Below, piece by piece: positions 60,501 to 64,000 of a DNA stretch of 64,000 nt. Position 1 is the first letter of the stretch. The number at the start of each line of letters is the position of its first letter. The stretch covers positions 620,001 to 684,000 of the forward strand of contig OZ237746.1 of the NCBI GenBank assembly GCA_965178125.1, read 5' to 3'. This stretch comes from Bilabrum cf. latius (Eukaryota). The notes beneath the pieces are model-generated. The model did not search any database. It saw only the letters and a list, made by a program, of their open reading frames with translations, and was not told the DNA's origin. Made by a program: the position numbers and the translations under genes.

Positions 60501-63500
60501 TCGTGGGCCAGAGGATGGAGCAAAGGTAGCTTAACACGCGTCACACGGATACAGACGGTGTGGTGTACGTCTTCTTCCTGGATTGGCGCAATCGGATGGA
60601 AGGAAGGCAAGGCTTCGAATGGAGAGACTCGGGTGTGAGGGTAAGGCAGGACATTTACGGGTACGGAGGAGGGCTGGGGTACGCTGCATATAGGATCCGT
60701 CGGATGCTGGCTGCGAATGAAGACGACCAGCAGGAAGGGCAGGGGTGGAACGATGGATGGTCCCTCGAATTTGGATCGTCTGTGTCTGTGGCCATGGGCT
60801 GTGACGCGAATTCAGTCAGCCACGCAAGCTTTGGCGTGGGCAAGGTAGTGTTCTCTGTGGGCGTGCTAGGTCACAGCGATAGTCGAGGCGGGGTGTTTCG
60901 ATTTGCTGTGGACCGGAGCCCCACCTCTCCACAGGGCTCGCAGTTTCCTACCGTGGGCCACCCCTACTTCGGAACGATGCGCGTCTACTACTTTGGATCC
61001 ACCACCACCGGCATTCCGAGCGGGATGTTGAGGCGATTCCAAAACCCCGCACTGACGCTCATCAGCAATAACGATATCTTCGGGCATGGTGTTGCCAACG
61101 TGGATTTCGACGGGGACGGATGCCAGGAGGGCACCTTGTTGGGGTCGTTCCGGCACGACAGCGACGCTGGAGCTATTCTAGCCTTTGCTACTCGTGCAAA
61201 CGGCGACATAGCTCCGGGGTACAAGCTGGCTACTGGGGATGAGCTAGAGTCGTGGATATCGCAGGTCGAAGGCATTGCTGCTTCTTCTAACGCCCGCAGT
61301 GTCATTGCAGACGTGCAGCATTTCGGGATGTCCATGGCCGCGCTGGGAGACGTGGACGGTGACGGCCTCACTGACGTGCTGACCCCTTCGTATTCAGTCA
61401 AGGACAACATCGTTCCCTGGGTGGCTTCTTCCCAATCGCACTACGCTGGGCAAGGGGGGCTGTTGCTTCTGTCGTACGACAGCGGCCTGTTAATCCAACA
61501 GGCTCAGTACATCGGACCCAAAGTAGGTGGAGACTTGATGAACGGCATGTGGCCGTCGTCTTTCATCCCATACATGCGGTACGATTCATTCACGTCAATT
61601 TCGGCGGTCGATCTGGATGGCGATGGGCTGATGGAAGTGGCAGTCGGTATGGAGCGATACAACGTGCCATTTGACAACAAGAGGTCGCCGGACGAGTACG
61701 AAACAGATGTCAGTGACCGCAACTACCAAGGTGCGGTCATGATCTTTACGATGGGGAGCAGAGACAAGTGGCCAGCAGCTCGCCAGGCTGTGCAGAACAG
61801 GCTTAACTCTACTTCTGCAGACTCGATGGACTGGCCCTTGGTAGTGCCCGGTACCCTCAGGCTGATTCCTACCCCCGTCCACCTCAGGGGGCAGGGGCAT
61901 TTTGGCAAGGCTGTGGCGCTCGCAACAAGCCCGTTCGTGGATCCCAGCCTTTCGCCCACTCCCATGCTGCTGGTGGGGGGCCCCAGCCTGACGAATCATG
62001 ATCCGCAGTACGGTCAGACCGCCACCAGCGAGATCTTTGGGGCCGCGTTCGTGCTCGCACTCCCTGCCGTGTCACGTTGGCCGGATGGACTGTACAACGC
62101 GTCCGACGGACTGTACAGTTCGGCAATTTCCAATCAGGTCGGGCTGACCCTGCCAGCAGGGAGGCAGGCTGTGGATCGGCTGCAATCGCTGTCGGGAACA
62201 TCTGGGATCGTAAGGGACCCTGCAGTCATGCAGCCACTTGCCCTGCTTCAGTCGAATCACCGTGCGGATCTGACTAGCATGGTCACTGCCTCGTAGTCAC
62301 CCGGGTCGTCACACCCACAGTATTCTCTCAGGACTGCCAGGTCGGTGTTTGCTCGACCGCGCAGCAGCGGTGTTGCAGATCCGGTGGCACAGCGCTTAGC
62401 ATCTAGCAGCGAGTGCGACGGGGGCTCGTGGCAGACCTTGGCAGAACGCGACCCTACTGGCTACAACTTCTACACTGGCCTGGCCTCCGCAACCGCTCTG
62501 GCCAATGGAACTGTACTGCTGACAGGGGGTGACAAGCGTCTGGGTGGAACCAGTTATTATGGCAACCTACTTCGGAGTGACGACTACGGTAGCTCTTTCT
62601 ATGTGATGGGCGTCAACAACATTGGCGTAGATGCTGTTGACACCCACAGAAGCATCATTGCAGTGCCAGCGGAAAAAACCGAGCGCCATAATAGCTAGAA
62701 TGTAACTATGCGCAACCGTGACACAATGGCCTCGGATCAGACCGTCTTGATCCTTGGGGAGGGTACAATCCAGTCGATTGCTAAGTTCTATTCCTACATG
62801 GGGGGATTACAAGGACAATTCACGCAGACGGCAATGAATAACGTATACAAGCTTAATCATTTTGCGGTTGCCACGACGTGGCACGGTCCGGCGACGGCAC
62901 CGTCGTTATATATGATGGGTGGATAGCAGCAAGGCGCGCCTGGCGACAGAGTGTACAAGAGTACGAACGGGGGTTTCTCCTGGAGCTAGCAGCAGGCTCG
63001 GCTACCCGGCAGGTGCAGGAAGAACGGAGGAGTAGGCACCTACGGGGGGATCCCAGTAGTGACGGGGTGCCTCAACGAGTTTTCCAGCGAATACGGCGAC
63101 TCTGACTCCTCCGCCACTGCTGCCTCCTTTGATAACGGCGTGTCGTGGACGGTCACCAGCCGGACGGTACACGCGCACACGAGGAGCTACTGGCCTCCGA
63201 GGAGGGTGACACGTTTAGTGGCGTTGCCAGACGACAGCATACTCCTGTGCGGAGGGAAAGACGAAGATTCAGGAAACAGTATCGGCGGTGGCAATGGAAT
63301 CTCTGGAGAGGATCTATTCGGCGACTGCTGGCGCTCTTGGGACCACGGCTTGCACTGGGAGAGGCAGCTGGCTCCCAACGGTGGATTCGACGTGTTTCCC
63401 GGCGGCAAGCCGCTGGCTGAGCACTCCATGGTCCATTTAGGGGGCGGAAGGGTGATTGCCATCGGCGGACGCACGTCATTCACGTCCAGTATCTACATTG

Positions 63501-64000
63501 GCGTGATCGGCGCGACGTTCTGCCTTCAGAGGCCGGCTCAGTCGCACGCTCTTCCTGAAGGCAAACACGGACCCTCATCAGATTTCGATCCCTGGCCCAT
63601 GCTGTGCCCCAGGGGCGCCAAGCGAGGCACCGCGGGATGCATGCTGCCCCTGCGAGTATCTAGTCAAAGCTAGGACGATCCTGTGAAGCTGCTCATTGAG
63701 TATTCCTCCTCACAGGCCTCTTTGCTGTCACACTGGGCCATCAACGAGGGCGGCTATGTGAGAGCACTCGTCACGCATCCGGACTCGATGTCCAATGACA
63801 CTGTCGTGCAGGTATCCGTTGAGCCTGCGGATCCGCATGATGGAGGCTTCACCAGCATGAGGAATCTGCACGGGGGCCACCCCTTGCACTTGTTCAAGGA
63901 TGTGCCCGAGACGCCGTCTGTCGATGCCCTGAATGCTGGCATGCAGGTGGACGGTCTTCCGGCTGCCAGCGGCAACGTGTACGGCCCCTCGATTGCGCAG
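57557..64000 (+). CDS. Very large secreted/surface protein with FG-GAP (integrin-alpha/VCBS-like) repeats followed by BNR/Asp-box and kelch-like repeats; 3' end runs off the window
   Basis: Signal peptide MLLLVMMAPLLFAVGLS; repeated GDVDGDG..D, DFDGDG and DLDGDG motifs; RSDDYGSSF, KSTNGGFSW, SFDNGVSW and RSWDHGLHW Asp-boxes. Eight same-frame track ORFs are joined by TAGs at 57839, 59666, 59966, 60527, 62294, 62696, 62924, 62987 and 63671. Confidence 0.8.

Noticed and set aside
1-64000. Interpreting the interrupted ORFs as mass pseudogenisation or sequencing error
   Set aside because: The interruptions are exclusively TAG, never TAA, TGA or frameshifts, and they occur in essential genes whose motifs are otherwise intact.
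1-64000. Pyrrolysine or programmed leaky read-through as the explanation for TAG
   Set aside because: TAGs are too frequent, include tandem pairs, lack a shared downstream context and fall at Gln-compatible, non-catalytic positions.

Overview
This is a GC-rich, very gene-dense stretch of eukaryotic nuclear DNA: spliceosomal GT-AG introns of about 90-320 nt, mostly near gene 5' ends, and intergenic gaps often under 200 bp. Its defining property is a non-standard genetic code. The fragments in the supplied ORF track join into about 20 long, coherent genes once TAG is read as a sense codon. I counted about 84 in-frame TAGs by hand, at least one in every gene model. TAA and TGA never occur inside these frames and both end genes. 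Where TAG falls in a recognisable motif (Trm8/METTL1 P-x-KR, MYB R2 WSLIA-x, COPE C-terminus, Rpt1 YG-x-GPY) the best fit is glutamine, so UAG=Gln while UAA and UGA stay stops. Genes recovered include a sulfotransferase, GT61 and GT4 glycosyltransferases, an AFG2-like AAA ATPase, a 3R-MYB, Trm8, a giant PP2A-B56-like protein, a DHHC-family (DHAC) acyltransferase, an NSUN-type m5C methyltransferase, Rpt1/PSMC2, Nup155, coatomer epsilon, a SUMO-like fusion and large secreted proteins. A second signal is a strongly over-represented 11-12 bp word, (G)TGTGACGAGTG, with 12 exact copies in exons (both orientations), at intron 3' ends and in a divergent promoter. All family calls and homolog comparisons come from motif recognition by eye and memory, not database searches. 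Taxonomy is not established; a GC-rich protist is an inference.
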